In this document: in pieces, positions 27,307-41,270 of the stretch | How positions within the stretch are numbered: position 1 is the first letter of the stretch | Layout: each line of letters opens with the position of its first letter | Assembly (NCBI GenBank): GCA_964016885.1 | Contig: OZ024741.1 | Location: forward strand, 30,256,001-30,320,000 | From: Eledone cirrhosa | Lineage: Eukaryota | Length of the DNA: 64,000 bases | Direction: 5' to 3' | Position numbers and translations under genes: made by a program | Notes under the pieces: generated by a model | The model's database searches: none | Seen by the model: the letters and a program-made list of their open reading frames with translations, nothing else | What the model was told of the DNA's origin: nothing

Positions 27307-27308
<2 letters not shown>
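26621..27308 (-). mobile_element. 5'-truncated R4/Dong-type LINE (RLE domain), flanked by (TAA)n on both sides
   Basis: HIVSEC..WRHD..LWDFNIQTD..HNRPD..IVDVAC..EKINRYQDL; close relative of 42838-43520. Confidence 0.92.
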
Positions 27309-27363
<55 letters not shown>

Positions 27364-27572
27364 GGCGACCTACGTAGTAAATCGTATCACCGTGAGCTCC
27401 GCAAAGGTTTGTTATTTCCGTTTGTTAAAAATTGTCATTTATGGAAAATTTTATTGTTAACTGTTTATAAGCGCACATACATTGTTTTCCGAAAAGGATA
27501 CCCAAAAAGATTGGGGCCTTGTGCCCAAAATTTAAAGTTTTATGATTATCAAAACATTTCTTTGAAAAAAAA

Positions 27573-29557
27573 ATGGCTAATTCACCACTGCACCAAGCAG
27601 CTGAAAGCCTTTCTCACAAATTAACACCTCACACCGACACCACCATTGTAAATGTTACTACGTTTGCCAAGACTACAAAAAATATAAGCAGTAGCAATAT
27701 TTTAAATTTGTCTCAGGCAGACATTCATTTCCCGCCATTACCAATGACTGCAGGTGTTAAAGCCACCACCACCACCGCGACAACCACCACCCCACCACCA
27801 CCGCGACAACAGAAACAAAAGAAGAAAAAAATAAATTAACTCGTGATGTCGAAATGAAATCAAGCAAAATGGACTCTTCCCCACCAAAGACCACTGACGT
27901 CACCACCACCACAACTGAAACTAAAATTAATATTAACACAAATAACGATAGCAACAACAACAACATTGACATTATAAAAACCACCCTCAGTTTTGCCAGA
28001 GTAGCAAAACAGTTCGAAGCATTTACGGTAACTCAGGAGGATTTAGAAAATGCCAAATAAATGGTAATGACAGATGGGTACAGGGTCAGCCTCTCACCCC
28101 CCACCTAATAAAATGGAGCATCGGCGCCTATGCACCGTGTCGTATAGAACAATAAATGTAAAATCGCGCCGAGTGAAACGGGCATCCGAGTCCCAAATCC
28201 AAAAAGCTTTGGGACATGTGTGGGCAAGAAAAACCCACATCAGACGTGGGCAAAAGTATGGAACCGTGGACGTGTTCTTTGATACACCAGAGGAGGCTAG
28301 AGAACACTCCATGGCCCCATTAAGAAGTGACGACTTCACACTCGTCCCAAGCTATTGTGGCCAGAGACTCGTAAAGATCAGGGTGACCCACGTTCCACCG
28401 GCCATCGAAATTCCCTGGCTAATAGCGGCCGTCCTCGCCGGCATCGAAGCCAACACGAAAATAATAGCAATAGCAAAAGAAAAGCAGGAAAACTGGTCCG
28501 AATCTGGGATGGAGCTCCTGATCCAAGCGGACCAAAAAAGCATTGAGGAGATCCCAGAGGTAATAGACCCCACTGACGGCAGCCACCTCACGGTGATTGT
28601 CGAGGGCAGAAGACCTAGGTGTGTCGTTTGTGGTGAAGGAACCCACGTAAGGGCTTTCTGCCCTCAGGCTAAAAGGTTGAGGCCACCTCTCCTACCCACC
28701 CCAGTGACACAACCATCAACACCACCAGTAGCAGAGATAGCAGCAACAACTGTAGCAGCAACAACAGAAGCAACTATAACAGCAACAACCCCAGCAACAG
28801 TAGCAAAACCAACACCACCACCACCACCAGCAAAAGCAACACCACCAACCAACGCTTCAGAACTAGCACCAGCGCCTACACCATCCACCACGCCACAACC
28901 AAAACTAACGCCTGTGGAGGATTTTCCACTCCCCGGCCTATCACAACTGGAGACAGATTGTGACGACGAGGAGTGGGAAACGATATCAGGAAAAAAAAAA
29001 GAAACCAAATAAGAAAAAATTCTCTTCCTTCCCCCTCCAAAAACAAAACACAGAGGGAAACAAATAAATTAAGAAACAAAAAAGTTAGGACAGATATGCC
29101 ACCATCCACACCAGCATCACCAACCCCATCAACCCAAACACCAACACCATCACCATCATTAACCCAACACCACCATTACCTACACCACAAAGTCACCAAA
29201 ATGCGAAACAGAAACAAACCCACAACAAACGCAAACAAAACAAAACAACCAAAACGATACACACTACACAGCATTAAATTTGAACAACAAGCAATTATTA
29301 CACTACATCCAACACAAAACCAGCATCACAGAAAAAGACTACACAACAACCCCAAAATTCACACCACCTCCACACATACAAATCACTTGCATCACACAGA
29401 AAACGTACATGACACTAAAAAAAAAAAATTCCCCAAAGACAACGGAGATCTCCGACAAGCACTCTCCAGGAGGATTTATAAGGACATCCTTCCTGAGGAG
29501 GCCACAAGCAGTGAAAAGGATGGAAAGACCGTCCTTCCCCTACGAGAAGTAAGGTAA
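27573..29557 (+). pseudogene. LINE ORF1 (RRM-like region plus CX2CX4HX4C zinc knuckle), frameshifted
   Basis: CVVCGEGTHVRAFC knuckle; YGTVDVFF RRM-like strand; P/T-rich low-complexity tail; split over ORFs 27573, 27854, 28074, 28973 and 29280. Confidence 0.85.
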
Positions 29558-29591
29558 GTGGTCTTTTCCATCTTTTCCACTCCTTTTCAAC

Positions 29592-32500
29592 ATGACCTCA
29601 CTCAGAATAGGCAGCATAAATGCGCGTGGCTTGGGGCCGTCATGGAAGCAGGGTCACCTGCTCAACGACCTCAGGTCACTAAACATAGATGTAGTGGCCA
29701 TCAGCGAGACCAGAATCTCCGAAGCACAGGCTTTCGCACCGATCTTCGGCGGCTACACTGTGTACGCATCTCCCAGCCGTCCGGGATCGGGGGGAGGAGT
29801 TGCTGTGCTTTTTCGGAGAGGTTTGGATCTTGCCATACGGGCCATCTTCCTGGACCCAGAAGGTTAGTTGGTGGTGCTGGACGTGACCAGCGGAGACGGG
29901 CAAGCTTTCAGGTTAGTGGCCGTCTATGCCCCGACAGGAGCAGGGCGGCCTGATTTATTCCGGCGTCTGGAGACCTTTCTTGGAACCTCCCACTCTTTAG
30001 TGTTAGTGAGCGACTGGAACGGGATCTTAGATGCATGCTGGGATTGTGTGGGATTAGTGGATAGGGAAGGAGGGTGCAAGAGTCTCACCAACCTGCTCAG
30101 ACGTTTTGAACTGTCTGACAGGTACCGAATGGATTTCCCAAATGTACCAATGTGGACTTGGACAAATCGCATAGGGTCATCCAGATCATATCTAGATAGA
30201 GTATTTTGTAGGGAAATAGATAGGTCTAGCATAGGCTGTCCACAATTCAAGATAGTCAGCTACACGGACCACAAATTCGTGATCTGTGTGCTTGACTTAG
30301 ATAGGCTTCATAGACGAGGACCCGGCTACTGGAAGCTAAACGCGTCCTTACCAGCGCGCAAGGCCTACAGAGACCGGATTAGCGAACTAGTTAAGCGGGC
30401 GTTGACGGGGCCATCGTCAACAACAAGTGGTGGTTTGCTCTGAAAAGAGCAATTAGAATAGAGTCCATTAGGTTTAGTAAAACCTTAACAATAGAGAAAA
30501 ATAGAGCAGAGGGAGAATTAGTTAGAAAATTAGATGAGGCGCTTAGCAAAGGCATCGCGACCGACGTACTTGCGGCGAAATTGGCCCTTGACCAATTCTT
30601 CAATGCAAAGCACGAAGGCTGCGTTGTCAGAGCTAGGGTGCGTGCTCTCAGACACGAGGGGACGAAAGCCGTTCAATGGGCCCGAGTGGCGGAGGCGCGT
30701 CCTGGCAACAAAGCCACGATCCGTTCTTTGGTGGACCACGACGGGCGGATGCTACTCGATCCCGGGCAAATGTGTGAAGCTTTTCAGCGACACTTCACTC
30801 AACTGTTCGGGGACAGTGGCGGCCGGATCGACGGATGGACTTTAGTGTCTACCTCGACGGACTGCCGCGGCTTTCGGCCACTGAGGCGGAGTGTTGCGAA
30901 AAGCCGATAACAACCGCTGAAGTACGGGATGCAATGACTAGTTGCACAAGGGGTAAATCGCCTGGTTTGGATGGTCTGCCCTATGAACTTTACGTACAAT
31001 TGCCAGACTTGTTCGGAGGCCTCTTGGCGGACGTCTGCTGCAATTGGCAACGGAACGGGAGAATTCCCAGCTCTGTGAGCCGAGGAGCGGTGGCGCTGCT
31101 GAGAAAGGATCCGAACAAGGGGGATAACATAGATAATTTTAGGCCCATAACTCTGCTAAACACAGAGTTCAAGATTTTGGCCAAGGTGCTAGCAAAGAGG
31201 TTGGCGCTTGTCGTTGGTGGTCTGGTGGGAGAGGCGCATACATGCGCCATTCCTGACAGATCAATCCACGACAACCTCCACCTGATGCGATACATCGTAG
31301 AGAGGGTAGCTAGGGAACCTGGCACGGGTGGGTCTTTGATAAATTTAGATCAGTCGAAAGCCTTCGATAGGGTCGACCATCGTTACCTAGCGGCAGTCCT
31401 GAGGGCGGCTGGCTTTGGGTCCGTCTTCAGAGGCTGGATCGATGCCATGCACAGCGACATCTGCTCTGTAGTGAGAGTGAACGGTCACCTTTCGGAACCG
31501 TTCAACATCATGCGCTCGGTCCGCCAAGGATGTCCCCTCTTGTCGCTATTGTACGTATTGACTCTCGAGCCATTACTGCACAAACTGGAGACGTTGATGG
31601 GGGTCCCGCGCGAACTAGGATGCGGAAGATCCGTGTCAGCATATGCCGACGATGTCACCGTAGTGGTATCGAACGCCAAACACATCGAGGCGATCGGCAC
31701 TACACTAAGAGAATACGAAGTGGTGACAGGAGCAATGATCAACCAGGAAAAGTCAGTGGGCCTGCAGCTCAGAACCTGGAGAGGCAGGTCCATGCCGTCC
31801 CACAGCGTCGTCGGGCGCTGGACGGACCGGTAAATTGCTAGGGCTCTGGTTCTGCCCAGACCTCCAGACGGACAAAAACTGGGACGAGGTGACGAGCAGG
31901 GTGGCTTCTCTCACCCAGAAATGGGCCGAGAGGAAGCTATCCCTGAAAGGTCGAGCGGAGGTGGCTAACGCGTACATCGCGTCCGTCATCTACTACCGCC
32001 TGACCGTCGTACCTTGTCCTAAGCCCCGCCTGACTGCGCTGGAGCGTTGGCTCTTTCGCTTCTCGTGGAAGGGACGCGCTCCGATGGTCAGGCGGTCCAT
32101 CTGCAGTCAACACCCGCTACGTGGAGGGCTGGGCATGCCGTGGCTGATGATGCGCAGACACGCGCTCAGGCTACGACATCTCCACCTCTTCCTCGACGGT
32201 GATCAGGTGTGGTCGCCGTTTGCTAGACGCGTTTTTCCCCAGCTCGTCTCCTTGACGGAGCTGCAGTTCTGGGTCAAGCGAAGACTGAGAGGGAGTGCTT
32301 GGAGACTGGAATATCTTCAGGCGCTCACAGCCCTCGACCAATCGGGCAATGTGGTCATGGAAACTCCACCTTGGCGTTCTATAGGGGATTAGTGGAGGGG
32401 AAGAGCGACGACGTACTTGGGGAAAGTCTAGGTGTCGACGAAAATCAATTAGCCAATCTCTTCGGAAGGACTTTCGAGCCGGGGCCTATGGACAACTTCC

Positions 32501-33003
32501 AGAAATCTCTGGCCTGGCAGTGCTACCGGGGTGCTTTGCCAGTTCGGGATAAACTTTACAGGCATGGAGGTGCCGTCAGCCGGGCATATCCGAGATGCGC
32601 ACAGGGCGACGTAACCGTCCTGCACGCACTCGTCCAGTGTCCGAGCATTGCTGACTTGTGGGTTTATGTCGAACACCTCCTGTCACGTGTAGGACGGATC
32701 CAGCTATCAGCTGAGTCCATCGTGAGGATTTCGCCGCCCTCCTCATTTAGCCGGGAAGGGCAGGCAGTTTTTATCTGTCTGGTGGCCATGGCGAAAGTGA
32801 TAGTATGGTGGACACGTTTGAAAGGGCTGAAGACGAGCACTTACCCCTTCGGTGATGCCCTGATTAACTTTTTCAAATTTCATCTGAAAAGGAAAATCAG
32901 GGTAGAGAGGGAAGTGCTCTCTTCCCAGCATTTTGTTGAAAGATGGGTGAGAGAAGCAAGTATGGCCCGAATGAATGGGCCTTCTCTGAGTATGTGTCTG
33001 TAA
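29592..33003 (+). pseudogene. LINE ORF2: apurinic-like endonuclease, reverse transcriptase and C-terminal zinc motif, disrupted
   Basis: SINARG, ISET, VYAP, DWN, YLDR and TDH (EN); KSPGLDG, FRPITLLN, DQSKAFDRV, QGCPL and YADD (RT); PRC..HALVQC; stop at 29867 and several frameshifts. Confidence 0.93.
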
Positions 33004-33261
33004 ATTAAAGGTGGAAAACTGGGAGAGGGCACTTGCACTGGTGGTCAGGGCCACTGTGGTCTTTTAATGGGCTTTCTCCACAAATGTCCCTCGGAAGTCT
33101 CCCCCCTATTGGGGAATTTTTCTTTGTTATTTTATTTCCTCCTCTGTTTTTTTTACACGCAGAAATGCCCATTTGTACCGTCCTGTATTGTCCTGTACTG
33201 TCCTTAATGTCTACTTTATGTAAACCCTTGTGGTTAATAAAGAAAACATTATTATTATTAA

Positions 33262-33297
<36 letters not shown>

Positions 33298-33298
<1 letters not shown>

Positions 33299-36200
33299 GT
33301 TACATTTATCTTGCTTTATGTTCATATGCGTAATCACCAAGTCACAACCAGTGACCTCAAGAGACAACAAGGTCCGCCATGTTCAAGAAAGAACATACAT
33401 ACACACACATGCATCTTTAGGTGTTTAGACTTGTGATGTACTTATATTGACAGAATCTTCCTTAGTATATGGGCAGTTCTCATTAGTACTATCTTTTGTA
33501 TCTCTCCTATACGCAAGTTTCCTAGAATGTGCGATAAGTAATCATTACACCCCTTAGGTATCATTCCTAGAGAGCCTACAACCACTGGTATTGTTTTAGT
33601 TCTCAATTTCCACATTTTTCCAATTTCTATCTCCAGGTCCTTATACTTACTCAATTTTTCAAATGTTTTTATAGATACATTCTTGTCTATTGGAACGGAC
33701 ATATCAATTAGCAGGCATACTCTCTTTTTAAAGTCCTTCAGTATTATATCAGGTCTATTTGCATCTATTTTTCGGTCTTTTTGGATACTAAAGTTCCACA
33801 AGATTGAGATATGATCTGTTTCAAGTATGGGAGGTGGTTGATGCTCCCACCAATTCTTTTCATTGGGCAGGTCAAAATGCTTACACATTATCCAATGTAT
33901 GTATTGTGCAGCTCTCTCATGCCTGTTTAGGTATTCGGTTGGAGCTATATAGGACTGCACATTGAAATTATATGATCAATGGTCTCTGGTTGTTTATTAC
34001 ATACACGGCATAATGGGTTGCATCCATTTTTTATTATGTTGGCTTGGTAATTTTTTGTTGACAGACACTGATCTTGTGCTGATATAATCAGTCCTTCAGT
34101 CTCCGATTCCCGTCCAGAGGATGCCAACCACTTATGGGTTAAAGTTTTGTCAACATCAGGATTGCTAACTCTTTGCGGGTATTTTCCATACAGAGGCTTT
34201 TCTTGCCATTTCTTAGTCAGTTTCTGTAGCAGTCCTTTCTTTGCAGTTACTTTTTCCTGCTTTGCTTTTTCTGTGTTTTCCATTTCAGCAGTAAATGTGA
34301 CTTCTGAAATGTGTAGTCCATTACTGTATCTTTGTGCATCTTTTGTAATGGAGTATGATCTTTTGATGCTTTCGTGTTTCAAAACGAGTTTGATCATCCA
34401 ATCATGTGATTCTCTTAGATATGTAGATAATGCAACTGTTGCAGTTTTCAATGCAATATCTAACTGGATTAAGCCACGCCTCCTTCTTTCCTAGGGGGGA
34501 TATATTCTATCTGTATCTGCCTTAGGGTGATGGATTCTGTGCATGGTTAAGAATTTTCTAATGTTTGTATCGAGCCTACGGATCTCTGTGCTTGACCAGT
34601 TGATGACATTGTAACTGTAGGTTACTACTGGTATGGCAAGCGTGTTTATGGCATCGATCCTATTCCTTGCATTCAATTCCGTTCTTAAGATTGCTCTTAC
34701 TCTGCGGTAACATTCCTTCCTTATCCTTTCCATCATTGTCGAGTGCTTGATTCCGTCTCCTTCACAAACACCTAAATATTTGTAAGTTTCCTCTTGATCA
34801 AGTTCTCTTATCACATTCCCCCAAACAAAATTAATGTCTGAACTTTTCAGCAGCTTTCCTCTGGTGAACGCTGCTTTGGCGCATATATCTAGACCAAACT
34901 CCATTTTAATGTCATCACTGAAATGCCCCACAGTGGATAATAGCCCTTGCAATTGTTCATTATTTTATTGCAAATAGTTACAGGTCATCCATGTAGTACA
35001 AGTGATTAATGGTTTTATCATAGACATAATATCCATGTTTTGTTTCATTGAGCATTTTACTTAATGGTATAAGTGCGATGCAGAATAAAAGCGGTGATAA
35101 AGAGTCACCCTGAAATATGCCACAATTAATATTAACTTCTCCAGCTTCCAGTGATTTTGTTTCACTATTCAAAGGGAGTGTCGGTTTCCATGTCTTCATA
35201 CTGAATGACAGGAACCTACTGACAACGGGAGATACTTTGAAAATCTCTAAACATTTTTCAATCCAACTGTGTGGCAAACTATCGAATGCATTTTTATAAT
35301 CTATCCAAGCAATTGATAGATTTTTGTGTCTATTATGACAATCTTCCAGTATCATTTTGTTAACCAAAAGCTGATCCTTACAGCCATATGGGCCTCGTTT
35401 ACACCCTTTCTGGTCATTGGGAAATAGATCATTTGTTATCAGGTGGTCATATGTATATTCAGTTAGGACTGATCTTAAAATTTTATACATTGTGTTCAAG
35501 CAAGTTATCGGTCTGTAATTTTTGGTATTGTTTGTCTCATCATTCTTCGGATGCAGGAATGTAATGCCGTTAACTAGCCATGATGGTATCTGTTCTGGCT
35601 CCTTAACTATTTCATTGTAAAGTTGGGCTAACAGCTCATGAGACTCCGTGAAGGCATTTATCCAAAAATTTGGTATTTTGTCTTTTCTTGAAGGTTTCCA
35701 TGTGGTTGGTTTTTCTAAGAGCCAAACGCAGCTGTTCAACTGTTATATTTTCCCATATTTGTTCCTCAAGGTGAGCTGTATCTTTCATTTGTCTGTCTAT
35801 CCATGGGGCATTTATATTATAAACTTTTTCTTCGGCCCAGATCTTTTCCCAGAATTCTTGCACTTCCTCCTTGGGTGGTATTGATTTAGCAGTTATTGTT
35901 GACTTGCCAATTTTCCTGTAGAAGTTTTTCTTTGGTTGTTTTTGAACATATTATTGACCTTATAGAATCTAGATCGTTTTTCAAAGCGCCTTATACGAGC
36001 AGCTTTGGCCGACACTTTTTTCTTGATTATTTCTATCAGCATGTCTATGTCACTTGTTGATTTTATACTGTATTTTCTTTTCAATTTTCTAAGTTTAGTT
36101 TGTTTAACATGTTTACTTTGTAGTTTGTTAAAATTTCTATGTCAGATCGGAGGAGGTTTATTTGGCGATTGATGTTCTCTTACCAAATAGATTTCTTGTT

Positions 36201-37250
36201 GTAATTCCTTTGTTCTTTCATTTTCACTCCACATAAGTGCACTTACTTTAGTCGATGCATAATAGAGATGATTTAAATCAGTAATGTTTAGCTTGTTTGT
36301 GATGATAATGTTTTTGAGAATTATGTTAGTCTTGCGTATTATTTGTTGGTTCTGTTTGGAGTTCTGGATCTTAGGGAGAGTGTCTCGTTCCCCCATGTCA
36401 GATTCTTTTATTTTCATCCATTCGATCATAATTTCATCCTTCAAGTTGGCTAGTTCATTCTCATTTCTTTCTTTATTATTTACGATCTCATTGTTTTAAT
36501 TTTGAGTTTCATCATGGGCATGCCCTCCCTCCACTTTTTCGATCCTTTCTTTAATTTGTTCTGTTGACAGTGATTCCGCCCCAACCCTGGGATTCGAAGA
36601 GTTACAGTTTACCTCGTTTTGACTGACACATGTTTCACTTTCCCTTCGCTGACTTTGTGGTAATAGCTTGATCTGATCAATTTCTATATCAGTTAGTAAC
36701 TTTTTTTAACAATATTTCTTCGTATATTGGCTAGTTTGTTACTGTCAATATAGCCTCTGTTTTCGGGATGTTTCTTTTTCCAGTTGATATATGTCTGTTC
36801 TGTATTCGATCTATCTAATGGGTAGTACATGGCAGTGTAGAAAGCCTCACGTACTTCTTTATTTTCTTCCCTTGACTATTTTTCTCTCTTTTTCTTTGGC
36901 TGTCTTGGTGGTGAGCAAGGAGGGCCAACAGTAGGAGTATTCCGGTTATGGGAGGTCTTCAGCTCCGAAGTGATGTGAAGGTTTGAACCATTAGCTGATT
37001 TTTCGACCCCAGTCAGGTTCCTAACTGAGGGACGCGGCCCTTTTTGACCCGGGAGACGGCCGATCAGGTATGAGATTTTATCATTTGACATTTACTTTAT
37101 TTTGTCGCGTTTTATCCTTAACCGCCAAGGGCTAATCAATTCGTGTTACCACTTCTAGGACAAGTGTCAACCAGGACTAGAGGGGTTGTCCTCCCGCCAT
37201 CCCGGTATTTCTTGGTCACGGGGTTTTCTTTTTTGTTGTTTTTTTTTTAA
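33298..37250 (-). mobile_element. Near full-length R4/Dong-type non-LTR retrotransposon, 3' end on (TAA)n
   Basis: Single disrupted ORF 37091->33442: SREENKEV N-terminus, NYRPITCL, WIDYKNAFDS, GIFQGDSLSP, YMDDL, YKYLG, CRVC..HIIS, NRPD, IDMSVP, EKLSKYKDL. Confidence 0.93.
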
Positions 37251-37498
37251 TTGTTATTATCATGAGTGGTACCTTAATGTGAGCATTGCGTGGCTTAAGA
37301 ATGAAATTATTATTAATAATATAATATACTTTTTGTTGAGGTTGCCTGTTATTGTTGTTGGCTATGTCGGTGGTGGTGCTGGGGCTTTTTCTATTGTTGG
37401 TGAGGAAGCAGTGCCACAGGCGTTGACGTTTGACCGGTCACTAAATCAGTCTATTTATATATTTTGCTAGCCCCTATATTATTATTATTATTATTATT

Positions 37499-39062
37499 GG
37501 TCTAAGCGGACGTATTTTGCTCGCTCACAGTAAGTCGCTTTATTTTCCTGTTTAAATTATTTGTTGTTAAATATTTCTTGTTGTGTAAGGGATATAAGCC
37601 CTTAGACTTTGCCCCGTGAAGGTGAAATTATAATATTTGGGCCTTTTGGCCCAAATATTTGAACTTTATTTTACATGTTAAAAAATTTACGAAGAAAAAA
37701 ATGACATGGCTGAGCCACGCCCCCCAGCGATATGTCGGCTGTCGTGCGACAGCGACGTAGAAGTTGAGAGGAGCGCTACAGTGAAATTAACACACATTGA
37801 TAACACAAACACCACCACAAACAAGGTAAACAAAGACACCAATGATACCAATAAGAACTCTAATTTTGAAAAAAATGACAATAACAGCGACAACAAAAAT
37901 ACAGATAACAAAAAAAAATAACACATACAACAATATCAACACCACTAACTTGAAAACAAATAGCGATGACACCAACAGCAACAATACCAACTGCACCGAG
38001 AACAACGGTGGCAACAAAGACAACAATGATAACAGCGACAGTGCTAACAACAACACCAACAAGAACAACGTCAAAAACACCCCAACGAAAACAAGACCAC
38101 TTTCGCTGCGGCAGCAGCAAAAAAGAGGCCATGCTTCAACATGGACCTCTCAAACAAAGATGAAAAGTTGGCCCAGACATGGGAGCTCATCAAGCAAGAG
38201 CAAACCTGGGCCAACTTAACTGTCCCGGTAGAATCTATTGAGGCAGTGGAGCGCAGAACGGTGCATTATAGATGCATTTCAGCACAGACCAAAAGGGCAG
38301 CTTTAATCCCACAAGAAGATGTCGAAGTCGCACTGAGGTGCATCAGACAAGACACCGAATACATCGAGAGAGAGGCAGACAGTACGGCACAATTTCGGTG
38401 TTGTTCAAGTCAGAATCCCTCGCTATGAAACACGCTATGACTCCTTGCAAAACCAGCAAGGTCATAATTTACCCCTCCCACATGGGAAAAAGAACGGACC
38501 GTCTCTGCATTCCCAGAATTCCACCAGGACTTGACATGTGGTGGCTTCTGGGATGTGTGATTGTGGAGGGGACGGATACCGTCCCTGTAGAAGTGACCAT
38601 AACGGCAAGAGAGGACTGGTCCGGGGTTGACCTGGAGATCCTTCTCCAGATCTGCCCGAGAATGTGAAGACAATCCCGGACTACATCCGCCTTCAGAATG
38701 GGACGGTCATTCACATTATGACCGAAGGCAAAAGGCCGCAGTGTTTTGTTTGTGGGGAAAAAACCCATTTGCGAGCCTTCTGCCCTCAACTGCTGAAAGA
38801 GGCAAGGGGTCGAAAGGCTCCACTGCTGCCGACGCCGGGGCGGGGACCACAATCAACACCAGCACCGGCAAAACCACCAACAACAACACCAATAGAAAGA
38901 CCACCACAAACATTGACCACCCAGGGGGAAACGAGGAGAGCTGTCAAATTCCCCCTCCCCCCAAAAATACACACACCAATAAAACCATAAACATACATGC
39001 AGACACACTTACAGACACAGACGCCTCATCTACCAGTAGTGAAGATGAGGGAAACCCAAACG
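37499..39062 (+). mobile_element. Tx1-type LINE subfamily 2: 5' UTR and ORF1 (C-terminus missing), preceded by (ATT)n
   Basis: YGTISVLF and CFVCGEKTHLRAFC knuckle; starts ATT|GG like the element at 27364. Confidence 0.88.
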
Positions 39063-41270
39063 TCCAGGTGCCGAGTTGCAAGCCCACCGACTTTTCCGAA
39101 TTAAATTTTGCTCCCGTCAATCTTTCATATTCCTCCAATAAGTTGCTGACCAGCTCGATTTCTGAGGTGTCCGACACCATCACGGTGATGTCGTCCGCAT
39201 AAGCCGACACAGCCTTTCCGCGTCCCGGTTCGAGCGGGATGCCCAACAACAGCTCCAGCTTCCGCAGTAAAGTCTCGAGAGTCAATACGTACAGAAGGGA
39301 GGAGAGAGGGCACCCTTGACGGACCGATAGGGAGACCTGAAACAGTCCCGAGAGGTGGCCTTTAATTTTGACCATCGAGTAGGTGCCGCTGGGCATTGCA
39401 GCGATCCAGCTTCTGAAGACGGGGCCGAAGCCAGCCGCCTTGAGGACAGCCTCAAGGTACCGATGGTCGACCCTATCGAATGCTTTCGATTGATCTAAAT
39501 TGATCAGAAACCTACCGAAGCCAGGTTTACACCCTACCCTCTCTATGATGTATTGCAATAGGTGGAGGTTGTCGTGTATGGACCTGGTTGGGATTGCGCA
39601 AGTTTGGGCCTCCCCAACCAAATCCGCGACGACAAGCGCCAACCTCTTCGCTAACACCCTGGCCAAAATCTTAAACTCTGTGTTGAGCAGAGTTATGGGC
39701 CTGAAATTGTCTAATGTGTCCCTCTTGTTCTCGTCTTTCCTTATCAGCGTCACTACGCCCCGGCTCACAGAACTGGGAATACTCCCGTTTTGCTGCCAGT
39801 TGCAGTAGATGGCTTCGAGGAGATTGGAGAACAAGCCTGGAATATTTACGTAAAGCTCGTAGGGCAGATCATCAAAAGCGGGTGACTTGCGCCTCATGGG
39901 CATCCTGAGACGACAAGGGCATCCTGAATCTTGGCTGAAGTAATTGGCCTTTCGCAGCGCCCAGCGTCAGCCGTCGAGAGTTGCGGGAAGCCATCGAGGT
40001 AGGGACTGAAGTCCGCAACCATCTCTGACCCGCCACTTCCCCCGGACAACTGAGCAAAATGTTGGCGAAAGGCCTCACACATCCTCTTGGAATCGCTCAG
40101 CTCGTACCCGTCTCGGTCCGTCAAAGACTGGATCGTGGATTTATTACCACGCTGCGCCTCTTCCACGCGGGCCCATCGAACAGCTTTGGTTCCTTCGTTT
40201 CTCAGAGCACGCGCCTTAGCTCTGACAATGCAACCTTCGTGTTTCGCATTGAAGAAATGGTCTAATGCCATTCTCGCCGCTAGCATGTCAGTTGCAATGC
40301 CACTACCAATAGCTTCGTCTAACATATCTACCAACTCCCACTCCTTTCTATTTTTCTCTAATGCTACTTCTTTGCTAAACTCTATCGACATTACTCTAAT
40401 CTCTCTTTTGAGAGAGCCCCCCATCCCCCATCTATTGTTGACGATTCTCCCTATCAACGTTTTCTTAACCAAATTGTTGACCTGGTCCCTGTAAGCCTTA
40501 CGTGCCAGAAATGACATGTTTAGCTTCCAGTAACCAGGTCCTAACCTACGCGTCTTATCTAGGTCGATCATACATATCACAAACTTGTGATCTGAATAGG
40601 CGACCGTTTCAAAACGTGGACATCTTACACTATTTCTGTCTATTTTCCTAATGAATATCCTGTCTATATACGATCTAGATGACCCTATGCGGTTAGCCCA
40701 GGTCCACACGGGCGCATTAGGGAAATCTAGTCCCGTACCTCTCAGACAGTTGGAACTGGCTGATCAGGTTCTTGAGGCTTTTGCAATCCCCGCTCCTATC
40801 GGATACTCCCCACAGTCCCAGCGTGCGTCTAAGATGCCGTTCCAGTCCACCGCTAACATTAAAGGGCGAGACGTACCCAGAAAGGCTTCCATGGGTCTAA
40901 AGAAGTCCGGCCGTCCTGCCCCAGTAGGAGCATAGACGGTCACCAGTCTAAAGGCACCACCTTCGTTATTGTTCACGTCCAGGACCACCAACTTACCGTC
41001 CGGGTCCCGGAAAATCGACCTTATCTCGAGATCCAAGACTTTCCTAAACAGCACTGACACCCCGCCTCCCATTCCCGGCTGGCTAACAGATGCAAAGATC
41101 TGATAGTCGTCGAAAATGAGGGCTAGTGCGAGCGTGTCGGAAATCCAGGTCTCGCTGACAGCAATTACATTCATTTCTATAAACCTGAGGTCGTTGAGCA
41201 GGTGACCCTGCTTCCAGGACGACCCAGGCTTCGAACATTTAAACATCCTACTCTTAATACGGCCATGTTG
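39063..41270 (-). mobile_element. Inverted ORF2 5' segment (EN + RT) of the Tx1-type LINE
   Basis: The minus strand begins CAACATGGCC (ATG at 41266, MAVLRVGCLNVR) and runs through SETW, VYAP, SDH, FRPITLLN and YADD to EKSVGLQLGTW. Confidence 0.93.

Larger units (their letters stand above)
27364..33247 (+). mobile_element. Full-length L1/Tx1-type LINE inserted in (ATT)n
   Basis: 5' UTR, ORF1, ORF2 (EN-RT-zinc motif) and 3' UTR; (ATT)n at 27309-27363 and 33248-33297. Confidence 0.95.
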
